Assembly: GCA_023300545.1 (NCBI GenBank)
Contig: JALZVT010000167.1
Span: 153 to 64,152, forward strand
Direction of reading: 5' to 3'
From: Pseudomonadales bacterium
GTDB lineage: Bacteria; Pseudomonadota; Gammaproteobacteria; Pseudomonadales; Azotimanducaceae
Length of the DNA stretch: 64,000 bases
Notes under the pieces: generated by a model
Told to the model about the DNA's origin: nothing
What the model saw: the letters and a program-made list of their open reading frames with translations, nothing else
Database searches by the model: none
Translations under genes and position numbers: made by a program
In this document: positions 41,681 through 51,300 of the stretch, piece by piece
Layout: each line of letters starts with the position of its first letter
Position numbering within the stretch: the first letter of the stretch is position 1

Positions 41681-44600
41681 CTATTGGCACGCCTCACAAT
41701 CCGGATCGTCTAGCGAGCAGGCGAGTGGTGCGTCTACAGGTGTGATTGCGGACAAGTCCAGTTCTACTCGCGGCGCTGCGACAGGTGTGGTGGCAGCTGC
41801 CGTCGCAACCGGTGCTGTTGTACTGGTCGTGCTCGCACTCGTACCAGTCGGTGTCCCGGACGAGGACACGGCATTTAGGGTGCCGCGATCAAGCGTCGAC
41901 TTTTCGGTGTGGGTGGCACCAAGCGCTCGCAGGTAATAGGTGGTTTTCAGACCACGTATCCATGCCATACGGTAGGTGACATCCAGCTTTTTGCCCGAGG
42001 CTTCGTTGATGTACAGGTTCAGTGATTGTGCCTGGTCGATCCATTTCTGACGTCGACTAGCGGCATCGACAATCCAGCGCGGTTCAACTTCGAAAGCGGT
42101 TGCGTACAGAGCCTTCAGATCTTCAGGAACTCGCTCAATCTTTTGTACGCTGCCATCGTAGTACTTTAGATCGTTAACCATCACGTTGTCCCACAGGCCG
42201 TGCCTTTTCAGATCGTGAACCATGTAAGGGTTTACGATGGTGAATTCACCGGACAGATTCGATTTGACGTACAGGTTTTGATACGTCGGTTCGATGGACT
42301 GGCTGACACCTGTAATGTTGGCAATGGTGGCAGTGGGTGCAATAGCCATAACGTTGGAGTTGCGCATGCCGTTAGCTTTGACCTTGGTGCGCAGCTTGTT
42401 CCACTGTTCGTCCCAGCCGAGTGCTGAGTCGAAGTTGGCTTCAAGATATTCTGCGCCGCGCTGGTTCTGCAGCTCACGCAGAGAGTCTTGCGGGAGAATG
42501 CCCTTGCTCCAAAGAGAGCCATCAAAGCTTGCGTACTTGCCACGTTCTTTCGCGAGCTTCATGGACGATTCGATCGCGTAGTAGCTGACCGCTTCCATAG
42601 ACTCATCAGCAAAGCGAACGGCTTCATCTGAGCCGTACGCCATGCGCATTTTGTACAGCGCATCCTGGAACCCCATGATGCCAAGGCCTACCGGGCGATG
42701 ACGCATGTTAGACGTGCGTGCTTGAGGGACCGAGTAGTAGTTGATGTCGATAACGTTATCGAGCATTCGCACGGCAGTGCGAATGGTCTTCTTTAGCTTC
42801 TTGATGTTCAGAACGCCGTTGTCGACGTGGTGCACCAGGTTAATGGAACCCAGGTTGCACACCGCAATTTCATCGTTCGAGGTGTTGAGGGTGATTTCTG
42901 TACACAGGTTTGAAGAGTGCACTACGCCAACGTGCTGCTGTGGCGAGCGGATGTTGCACGGATCTTTGAAGGTGATCCACGGGTGTCCAGTTTCGAACAG
43001 CATCGACAGCATCTTGCGCCACAGATCGGCTGCAGGAAGACGCTTGAACAAGGGTAACTCGCCGGTTTGTGTCATGGCTTCGTATTGGGCGTAACGCTCT
43101 TCGAAAGCTTTGCCATACAGATCGTGCAGGTCTGGGGTATCAGCGGGCGAGAACAGTGTCCACTCGCCGCCATCAGTGACGCGCTTCATAAACAGGTCTG
43201 GAATCCAGTTGGCCGTGTTCATGTCGTGGGTGCGACGCCGGTCGTCGCCGGTGTTCTTACGCAGTTCGAGGAATTCCTCAATGTCGAGGTGCCAGCTTTC
43301 AAGGTAGGCACAGACGGCGCCCTTGCGTTTGCCGCCCTGGTTGACCGCAACTGCAGTGTCGTTGACCACTTTCAGAAAGGGCACAACACCCTGAGATTTG
43401 CCGTTGGTGCCTTTGATATAGGAGCCCAGCGCACGCACGGGAGTCCAGTCGTTACCTAGGCCACCGGCCCACTTGGAGAGCATGGCGTTGTCGCGTATAG
43501 CACTATAAATGCCATCGAGTGCGTCGGGAACAGTAGTCAGGAAGCACGACGACAGCTGCGAGCGCAGGGTGCCGGCGTTGAACAAGGTTGGCGTAGAGCT
43601 CATGTAGTCGAACGAACTCAGCAGCTGGTAGAACTCGATCGCACGCCCTGTTGGGTCGTCTTCTTCAATCGCAAGGCCCATAGCGACGCGCATGAAAAAG
43701 ATCTGTGGCAATTCGATTCGAACTTCGTTGCTATGGATGAAGTAGCGGTCGTAAAGAGTTTGCAGCCCGAGGTAGGTGAACTGCAGGTCGCACTCTGGCT
43801 TGATCGCTGCACCCAGTCGGGTGAGGTCAAATTGCAGCAGTTCGGGCGATACCAATTCCAGTTCAGAGCCGCGCTGCAAGAACGCGACCAGGGCCTGGGG
43901 ATACAACTCGGCCATTTCACTTTGGGTGGCGCGATAGTCGTTACCAAGAGCACCAGACTTTTGGATGCCAAGGAACGTCAGTGCTTCGCGGCGTAGCTCG
44001 TCGAGCAGCAGGCGTGATGTGACGTAAGTGTAGTTGGGCTCGTCTTCGACCATGGTGCGGGCGGTGATGAGCAGTGACGTGGCCACATCGGTGCTGCTGA
44101 TGCCGTCGTACATGTTGTTCAACGCTTGCGCCATGATCTTGTCAGCGTCAACGTCATCCAGATTGGCACAGGCTTCGAAGACGATGGTATGCATGCGCGC
44201 GATATCAAGCGGCACGCGACTGCCATCGGGATTGGTCATGGTTAGGCCGGCGTGCTCGGGAGCAACGCTGACGCTGGGCTGGTCAGCACGCTGGCGAGCT
44301 CGTTCCGCGCGGTACAGCACGTAAGAGCGTGCCACCTGATGTTCACCAGAGCGCATTAGAGCCAGCTCGACCTGGTCTTGTACTTCTTCTATATGCAAGG
44401 TTCCGCCGGAGGGCAGGCGGCGCTTGAAAGTGCCGCTTACGGCCACAACCAGCTCATTGACCAGTTCGCGGATGCGGGCTGATGCCGCGGCGGTTCCGCC
44501 TTCTACGGCCAGAAATGCCTTAGTCATAGCGACTGCAATTTTGTCGTCGGTATAAGAGACAACGGTGCCATTGCGTTTGATCACTTTGAGCTGACCCGGT

Positions 44601-44716
44601 GCCGTTGCGGTCAGTGAGGGCGCAAGTGTCGCGCCGTCGGCTGAGTGTGCATTATCATGCGGAGTAAGTGGTGAATTGGCGGCTTGGCGTGACGAATTCG
44701 AAGTATCGGTCTGCAT
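41681..44716 (-). CDS. nrdA: Class Ia ribonucleotide reductase alpha subunit NrdA (two ATP-cone-like N-terminal segments)
   Basis: 1011 aa. ATP-cone LKVIKRNGTVVSYTDDKI followed by a second, degenerate cone-like segment. Catalytic SSNLCTEI motif and C-terminal redox pair DPDCEACQ. Confidence 0.95.
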   Translation of the reverse strand: MQTDTSNSSRQAANSPLTPHDNAHSADGATLAPSLTATAPGQLKVIKRNGTVVSYTDDKIAVAMTKAFLAVEGGTAAASARIRELVNELVVAVSGTFKRRLPSGGTLHIEEVQDQVELALMRSGEHQVARSYVLYRAERARQRADQPSVSVAPEHAGLTMTNPDGSRVPLDIARMHTIVFEACANLDDVDADKIMAQALNNMYDGISSTDVATSLLITARTMVEDEPNYTYVTSRLLLDELRREALTFLGIQKSGALGNDYRATQSEMAELYPQALVAFLQRGSELELVSPELLQFDLTRLGAAIKPECDLQFTYLGLQTLYDRYFIHSNEVRIELPQIFFMRVAMGLAIEEDDPTGRAIEFYQLLSSFDYMSSTPTLFNAGTLRSQLSSCFLTTVPDALDGIYSAIRDNAMLSKWAGGLGNDWTPVRALGSYIKGTNGKSQGVVPFLKVVNDTAVAVNQGGKRKGAVCAYLESWHLDIEEFLELRKNTGDDRRRTHDMNTANWIPDLFMKRVTDGGEWTLFSPADTPDLHDLYGKAFEERYAQYEAMTQTGELPLFKRLPAADLWRKMLSMLFETGHPWITFKDPCNIRSPQQHVGVVHSSNLCTEITLNTSNDEIAVCNLGSINLVHHVDNGVLNIKKLKKTIRTAVRMLDNVIDINYYSVPQARTSNMRHRPVGLGIMGFQDALYKMRMAYGSDEAVRFADESMEAVSYYAIESSMKLAKERGKYASFDGSLWSKGILPQDSLRELQNQRGAEYLEANFDSALGWDEQWNKLRTKVKANGMRNSNVMAIAPTATIANITGVSQSIEPTYQNLYVKSNLSGEFTIVNPYMVHDLKRHGLWDNVMVNDLKYYDGSVQKIERVPEDLKALYATAFEVEPRWIVDAASRRQKWIDQAQSLNLYINEASGKKLDVTYRMAWIRGLKTTYYLRALGATHTEKSTLDRGTLNAVSSSGTPTGTSASTTSTTAPVATAAATTPVAAPRVELDLSAITPVDAPLACSLDDPDCEACQ

Positions 44717-45168
44717 CTAGCTTAATGACTCCCCGGCTGAGACAACGGCGCCTGTTGGACTTGTCTGTCGGCCTCTGAATGGCATGCTAACTGACTGCAT
44801 GACAGGGCGTGGCAAGTCGACAACGGCGCTATTGCGCAGCATCTTGTGTGTGTAATGAAATGTGTAACGAATTGCGTGTAGTGAACCGATCCGGTCCGTA
44901 CTGCTGGTCTGGTGCGTCCTGCTGTTTCCCCGTTCAGGAACACGTTTCAGCGTTCCCTGCTCAATCCTGTCGTGTCATGGGCCCTTTGCTCTTGGCGCTG
45001 CTGCTTTTTAGCTACTGTTTCGGCTGTTGTTTTGGCCATATAAGGGCGCCAAGGTCGTCTCGGCGCAACTAGTCAGCTAACCCGGTTAGAATGGGTGAAA
45101 CTGGACAGAAATCGCCTAAACGCAAAAACAAGCTACTTTATTGATTTGTCTGCATTTTTTCCCCGAAC

Positions 45169-45184
45169 ACCCCATATGTAGGGG
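45169..45184 (-). promoter_or_regulatory. Candidate NrdR box (promoter-distal on the transcript side)
   Basis: The plus strand ACCCCATATGTAGGGG matches the conserved positions of the NrdR consensus acaCwAtATaTwgtgt (C2, C4, ATAT core, T11, G13, G15). Confidence 0.6.
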
Positions 45185-45200
45185 GTAACTGTTGCAGCAG

Positions 45201-45216
45201 GCGCAGTATATGGTGG
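45201..45216 (-). promoter_or_regulatory. Candidate NrdR box overlapping the putative nrdA -10
   Basis: The minus strand CCACCATATACTGCGC matches most of the core. It starts exactly 32 bp from the other box, which is the spacing typical of tandem NrdR boxes. Confidence 0.6.
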
Positions 45217-45234
45217 CACTCGCCTTTTGTGCAA
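45205..45234 (-). promoter_or_regulatory. Putative sigma70 promoter of nrdAB (TTGCAC-18-TATACT)
   Basis: On the minus strand the -35 TTGCAC lies at 45234-45229 and the -10 TATACT at 45210-45205, with an 18-nt spacer. This is by-eye only. Confidence 0.4.
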
Positions 45235-45244
45235 CAAGGTTTCT

Positions 45245-45253
45245 TGTGGATAA
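45245..45253. promoter_or_regulatory. Perfect DnaA box (TGTGGATAA = TTATCCACA)
   Basis: Exact 9-mer consensus, 11 bp upstream of the putative nrdA -35 and about 86 bp upstream of the glpK ATG. Confidence 0.55.
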
Positions 45254-45338
45254 GCTGTGAGTTTGCAGTGTGTAAACAGGCGAAAAAAAAAGTGCCAGAA
45301 AAACAATTGTTTAGGTCGTTAAGCCGAGAGAGTCTTGA

Positions 45339-46823
45339 ATGCAGTTAACCCTTGCCATTGATCAGGGAACCTCCAGTTCCCGAGCGATTGTCTTCTCCCA
45401 TGATGGTCATATTGTGGGTCAGGGGCAGGTCGATTTTGAGTCGAGCTTTCCCAATGATGGTTGGGTCGAGCAAAACCCCGAAACCTTGTGGACGACCACA
45501 CTCCAGGCGGTGCGTACGGCGCTGGATGACGCAGCCGTAGATGCCAGTGCCATCGCCGGACTTGGCATTACCAACCAGCGTGAAACGACGTTGTTGTGGG
45601 AGCGCGATACGGGCAAGTGTCTCTACCCTGCAATCGTCTGGCAGGACGGTCGTACGGCGGCGCAATGTGCCGCGTTACACGAGGCTGGCCACGCGGAGCA
45701 GGTCAAACGCATCAGTGGCCTAGTGATCGACCCTTATTTTAGCGCGACTAAATTGAACTGGCTGCTCGAGAACGTGCCTGACGCCCGGGAGCGGGCGGAG
45801 CGAGGCGAGCTTTGTTTTGGCACGGTCGACAGCTTTCTGCTGTTTCGGCTAACCGGTGGTGCGGTGCATTTAACCGATGCAACCAATGCCTCGCGCACGC
45901 AGTTATATGATCTGCGGGGTGGGGAGTGGAGTGACGAGCTGTTGGCATTACATGCCATACCTCGAGCGGTTCTGCCCGAGGTGCGAGATTGTTGCAGTGA
46001 TTTTGGTCAAACCCTGCCTGAGTTGTTTGGCTCATCGATCCCAATCTACGGGGTTGCGGGGGACCAACAGGCCGCGCTCATAGGGCAAAATTGCCTCAGC
46101 AGTGGCATGACTAAAAGCACCTACGGTACGGGTTGTTTTCTCATTACCAACACCGGGAATACGCTGCGTGACAGCAAAGCTAAGCTGCTGGGTACCATTG
46201 CTTATCGATTGAACGGCGAGAATACCTATGCACTGGAAGGCAGCATTTTTGTTGCTGGAGTGGCTATTAAGTGGCTGCGTGATCAGTTGGGTCTGATTGC
46301 TGACGCGGCTGATACCGAAGTGAGCGCCAATGCGACGAGCGGTGACACTGGTGGTGTCTATGTTGTGCCGGCCTTTACCGGTCTCGGCGCGCCGCATTGG
46401 CAACCTCAGGCGCGTGGCCTGATTACCGGACTGACGCTGGATTCGAGCCGCGATCAGGTAATAACCGCAACTCTGGCCAGTGTGGCTTACCAGACTCAGG
46501 CGCTCGCTCAGGCACTTGCCGGTGACGCTAGCGCGATCGAATCGTTGAGAATTGATGGTGGTATGGTGCAAAACGACTGGATTTGCCAGTTTCTCGCTGA
46601 CTTGCTTGATGTCAGCGTGCAGCGGCCCGCAGTCATTGAAACCACAGCGTTGGGCGTAGCAATGCTGGCGGGTGTTGGTGCTGGGTTATACCCGTCGTTG
46701 GAAGCGGCAGGCATGGCTTGCGTGCGTCCTGACCGAGTTTTTGAGCCGATGATGCTGGAGAAGCAGCGGGCTGCGTTGCTTGCGGGCTGGGATCAGGCCG
46801 TTCGGCGCGCGCTGCAAGACTAA
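45339..46823 (+). CDS. glpK: Glycerol kinase
   Basis: 494 aa FGGY-family kinase (LAIDQGTSSSRAIVF, GITNQRETT, GDQQAALIGQ, IDGGMVQNDWICQFLAD). Confidence 0.95.
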   Translation: MQLTLAIDQGTSSSRAIVFSHDGHIVGQGQVDFESSFPNDGWVEQNPETLWTTTLQAVRTALDDAAVDASAIAGLGITNQRETTLLWERDTGKCLYPAIVWQDGRTAAQCAALHEAGHAEQVKRISGLVIDPYFSATKLNWLLENVPDARERAERGELCFGTVDSFLLFRLTGGAVHLTDATNASRTQLYDLRGGEWSDELLALHAIPRAVLPEVRDCCSDFGQTLPELFGSSIPIYGVAGDQQAALIGQNCLSSGMTKSTYGTGCFLITNTGNTLRDSKAKLLGTIAYRLNGENTYALEGSIFVAGVAIKWLRDQLGLIADAADTEVSANATSGDTGGVYVVPAFTGLGAPHWQPQARGLITGLTLDSSRDQVITATLASVAYQTQALAQALAGDASAIESLRIDGGMVQNDWICQFLADLLDVSVQRPAVIETTALGVAMLAGVGAGLYPSLEAAGMACVRPDRVFEPMMLEKQRAALLAGWDQAVRRALQD

Positions 46824-46832
46824 TAGTCTGGC

Positions 46833-48125
46833 ATGGGCTGTGACACGTCCGCTTACAAGTGTAAGAGCCAACTACAGGCTACTTACAACTGCCTTAAAGG
46901 CCTAGGCTCGCGCCTCTCTATACTGCTGCGAACACTAGCGAGTGCTGATAGCAGAGTCCTGATCGTGAGCGAAATTGCTAACCACAATGCCAACTATCTG
47001 TTGGGTCCGTCTGAGGCTTCGTTGCCTGTGGATATCAAGCAGGCTGATTTCGGTGCGCCGATGTCTTCTTTGTTTGGTATCAGCCGACACTACGTTCTCG
47101 CGGCTGCTCTGACTTGTTGTTACGTTGTTTTTTATTCGGCGTTGTCTGCCGCTGAGGTTATTAGTGCTTCTGGCAGCGTTGCCATTGGGCTGTTTGCTGC
47201 CTGGCTGTTAGGCGCACTGATGATCGTGCGCTGGGCCCTCGAAATCCCTCAACTCACGCTGAGTGCATCGCGGCTCGATGTGCTGCTCGCCATCTGGGTC
47301 AATACGGGGGTTGTGGCCGCGGCTACGCTCGCGGGTGGTGACATGCGGCTGATTTTGCTCGTCGGCGTTGTTTTTGGAGTGCTTTTCAGCGGCCTGCATT
47401 TCAACGAGTCACGGGTACGTACGGTGCTGTTGACCACCCTGGTGAGCTACACAGGATGCGTTATTTTGCGCGCAAGCTTTGCTCCGCTATCTTTTGAGTT
47501 TGAGTTACTGTGCGCTTTCGGACTTGCAGTATTTTTACTGGCAGCATCGCTGATCGCTCGCGAAATCATCCAGCTGCGCTTGCAGGCCCGCGCGCGAAAC
47601 CGACAATTGGCACAGGCTCTGCGCCGGGTAGAAGAGCTCGCTTTGCGTGATGAGTTAACCGGTCTCTACAATCGCAGGCATCTGCTTGATTTTGTTGAGC
47701 GGGCAGTGGCGACGCGCGAACGCGGTGGCCCTTCGTTTACGTTGGCCTATTGCGATCTTGACTATTTTAAGCGCGTGAATGATCGATTTGGCCACGAATG
47801 TGGTGATCGGCTGCTGAAGGCGTTTTCCAGCGCTGCATTGAGTTGTGTGCGTAACAATGATCTGGTCGCGCGACTGGGTGGCGAGGAATTTGTCTTGATT
47901 CTGGTCGATACAGACACCCAAAGGGCAGCGGAGATTGTTGAGCGTCTGCGTATGCGGACGGCAAACATCAGCGTGTCTTCAGCGGAACCTGACTACCAAG
48001 TCACAGTGAGTGCCGGGCTTGCGACACACATTGAGAATGACACGGTCGACAGTATCTTGCGGCGCGCCGATGGCGCGCTGTATCAAGCCAAAGAGCAGGG
48101 TCGGGATCAACTAGTCACCGTCTGA
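46833..48125 (+). CDS. Membrane-anchored diguanylate cyclase (GGEEF with RxxD I-site)
   Basis: Several N-terminal TMs, then DELTGLYNRRH, the I-site RNND (47850-47861) and GGEEF (47877-47891). The true start is probably downstream of 46833, for example TTG 47022 with GAGG 5 nt upstream, GTG 46966 or ATG 47061. Confidence 0.85.
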   Translation: MGCDTSAYKCKSQLQATYNCLKGLGSRLSILLRTLASADSRVLIVSEIANHNANYLLGPSEASLPVDIKQADFGAPMSSLFGISRHYVLAAALTCCYVVFYSALSAAEVISASGSVAIGLFAAWLLGALMIVRWALEIPQLTLSASRLDVLLAIWVNTGVVAAATLAGGDMRLILLVGVVFGVLFSGLHFNESRVRTVLLTTLVSYTGCVILRASFAPLSFEFELLCAFGLAVFLLAASLIAREIIQLRLQARARNRQLAQALRRVEELALRDELTGLYNRRHLLDFVERAVATRERGGPSFTLAYCDLDYFKRVNDRFGHECGDRLLKAFSSAALSCVRNNDLVARLGGEEFVLILVDTDTQRAAEIVERLRMRTANISVSSAEPDYQVTVSAGLATHIENDTVDSILRRADGALYQAKEQGRDQLVTV

Positions 48126-48320
48126 ACGGCTGACTCAGGTGTATGTATTGTGCCGCTCCAGCGCTGTGAAGAAGTTGAGAGAACTAGGCCACATAACCAG
48201 CCACTAAGCTGCCTGTACGGGTGATAAGACCGGTTTTTTACGTTAATCTGCTGGCCCAATTGAATGCAAATTCAGTCTTCTTTTTCCCACTTATCCCTGT
48301 AGCTACCACAGGGTAGCCCC

Positions 48321-51300
48321 ATGTTAGGGCCCGAACAGGTTTGGCTCGATTTAATGGATGCAAACAGACGCCAGCATCTCCGGCAACCCATCTCACTAAG
48401 TGCGCTTGTGCATCCGCCACAGGGGCGCTCATGGTTGTGCACCATTCGCGACTTCTGCCAGAGCGGAATGCTGTTGACCGGTGCTGGTGGCAGCTCATCT
48501 TTGATGGCGACCGGTGGAAATTTTGATTCCGGCGCAGAAATCAGCCTGCATTTTTCGGTAGCTACTCCCAAGGGACAATTGCATTTCCGCCTGCCGTGCG
48601 TGGTCGCCCGTGTTCTCGATAATGGCGCGGGTATGGGGATTCGTTACCCTCAGGGCCTGCCGAGCGACGCGTTCGATGCGTTGCTGGAATACGCGGTCGC
48701 CTCTGGTACGGTTTCACGCCGAGAGTTTAGCGGTGATGCTGAAAGTACCAACGCTGTTGAGGGTCAGGTACCAGACGTGTTGCTGCGCGATCATCGTGTT
48801 AGTGAGCAAGACGCCGATCGTATCAAGCGCCGCCTACGCCGGGTGATGGAGCGCGCTGTCGAACGCATTAGTCGTAATTTCTACGATTCGGCGTCGAAAA
48901 ACTTGCTGTCAAAAGCTCGCGATGCTGGCACCAATGCCATGCAGATGATGTTTTTCGAAGGTCTTGATCAGTTGGAAAAAGGTGAGGCTCAGGTCAAAAG
49001 CAGTTTTGCTGAGTTGGTGCTGAAGCAGATTGATCAGGTCAGCGAATTTGAGTCGGTGTTGGAAAAACGTCGTCGTCGAGAAACTGGCAATACACAAAAG
49101 CTTGAGCTGGTCGATACCGAAGAGTTTGAAGAGTGGTTGGTGGTGGCGGAAGTCATATCCAAGGCTGAGGGCCGTTTTAGCGACACACTTGTCGACCTGC
49201 GCACGATGCTCGAATTGCTCGCCAAACCTTGGGGGCACAAAGATGTTGTACCCATTGGGCCGGCAGTTTTAACCTGGGCATTTGCAGATGCCATCGAAAC
49301 GCTAGAGTTTCGTCGTAACGTAAAATCAGAAGTATTCACCGAGTTTCAGAACACGCTGATTCCGGTGCTCGAAAGTTTGTATTCCGCGCTTACGACAATG
49401 CTGGATGAAACCGGTGTGTTTCCCAGTGTGGAAGAGCTGCGCACCGCGCAACTCCGTTCAACGCAACCCGCTAAACCTCGGGCTGCAGCCGAGCCGCCGC
49501 CAGTTCAAGATCCTGAGAACTATCAGGAGATGGACAGCGCTGTGCGTGAAGCGGCTATGGCGGTTGACGGTGTGTCGTCGCCGCGAGTGATGGCTGGGCA
49601 TGACCCTTTTGCGCCGTCGGTTCGAGGTGGCACTGCTGAAGTCTACAAGGCTGCCCGTGAGCTGCTGTCTCTCGGGCGTCAAACTCGCGAGCGTATGGGG
49701 CAGACTGTTGATGACCCGATTGCGCCGGACGATGCGCCTGATGCTGCTAAGTTCGCCAGCGACGACATTATGGAGGCATTCCAGCAGATTCAAAGCGAGC
49801 TGGGTGATACGACCTTAGACGACCAGCGGCTCAAGCCTCGCTTGATCGAAGTGCTGCGTCAGCGCCACGGCGACGCGAAAGGTTTTGGCGCTGCAGAGTA
49901 CGACACCATCAATGTGATGGAAAATCTGGTCGACTCTATGCAAGAGGATCAGCTGGTTACCGAGGGTGTTCGGGACTGGATTAAGCGACTAGAAATTACG
50001 CTGAACAAGGTTGCGGCGACTGACGAAAAATTCCTTGAGCACACCGCTGAAGAGCCACACTCTGCTGCGATGATGCTGAACCTGCTTGCGCGTTTGGGTA
50101 ACACCAATGACGCCAGTCAAGGTATTGATCGTGAAGTAGGACGGCGGGTAGATGCCGTACTTGAAAAGGTTGTTAACGACTACGACGAAAATCCAGAAAT
50201 TATTCAGGAAGCGGTAGATGAGCTCAATCCGCTCATCGATCGCCAAACTAAGGCGTATCGCGGCAATGTCGAACGAACGGTTCGAGCCAGTGAAGGGCAA
50301 CAAAAGCTGGCGCGTGCGCGACGCGCTGTTGTTGACGAAGTGGGCGACCGCATCGCCGACCAGGAAGTGCCGGACCTACTGGTAGAAATGCTCAACCCCG
50401 GTTGGCGCAACCTGATGGTTCACACCTATCTGCGCAACGGCATCGACAGCCCCGAATGGCGTGATGCGTTAACGGTTGTCGATCAGGTGAAACAGCACCT
50501 TACAGGTGAGACTTCGCCCGGAGACGAAGACTATGTGGAGCCCGAAGACATTCTGAAGCGGGTGGTAGGCGGCTTGAACGACATCTCGTTCGACCCTGCG
50601 AAACGCACACCACTGGTTATGAAATTGTCGTCTGCCATGGTGGGCGATACCGCCGGCGAAAAAATTGCAACGCAGCCGGTGCACACCGCTAAGGACGAGC
50701 TGATAGACGTGCTCGGCCTTGATGGCCTGTTGCCCGATACCGACCCGGGTATTGAGACCGAGGATGAGGACCTGCGCAGCAGTTGGTCTACTGCTCTCGA
50801 GCGTGCTCGGAGAATTCAGGTTGGCGAGTGGCTGGCAATCAGTGACGAGGATGGTCGGCCGCTTATTCTGACCGTTGCGTTTGTTGGTGATCAATACACG
50901 TTGTTTGTTCTGGTTAATCGCAAAGGTGTGAAAACCAAAGAGCTAAGCCTCAAACAGCTGACAGACGGTTTGCACCGTGGCGACATGACCCTGCTTGATG
51001 ATTACGACATGCCTCTCATGGAGCGTGCGTCCCAGCGTATGCTGCAGAATATGCATAATCAGCTCGCCTATCAGGCATCCCACGATGAGCTAACGTCGCT
51101 GCTTAATCGTAAAGAATTCGAACGTGGCATCGACAAGGCGATTAGCAAGGCCAAGGCAGATCACAGCGAAAGTGCGTTATTTCACCTCGATCTTGATCAA
51201 TTCAAAATTATTAACAATACCAGCGGTCATGCTGCTGGAGATGCGTTGCTGAAGCATCTGGGTGTGATGCTCAGTAGCTTTGCTGAGCCATATGATGGTC

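Noticed and set aside
44722-45072. ORFs of 73 aa (minus strand) and 87 aa (plus strand) in the nrdA-glpK intergenic region
   Set aside because: Both are Cys-rich with odd composition, lack an SD and overlap each other. They are more likely untranslated nrdA leader.
48217-48239. Hairpin ACGGGT-gataag-ACCGGT followed by TTTTTT after the GGEEF gene
   Set aside because: The 6-bp stem has a central mismatch. It is plausibly a weak terminator, but I do not consider it solid enough to list as a feature.
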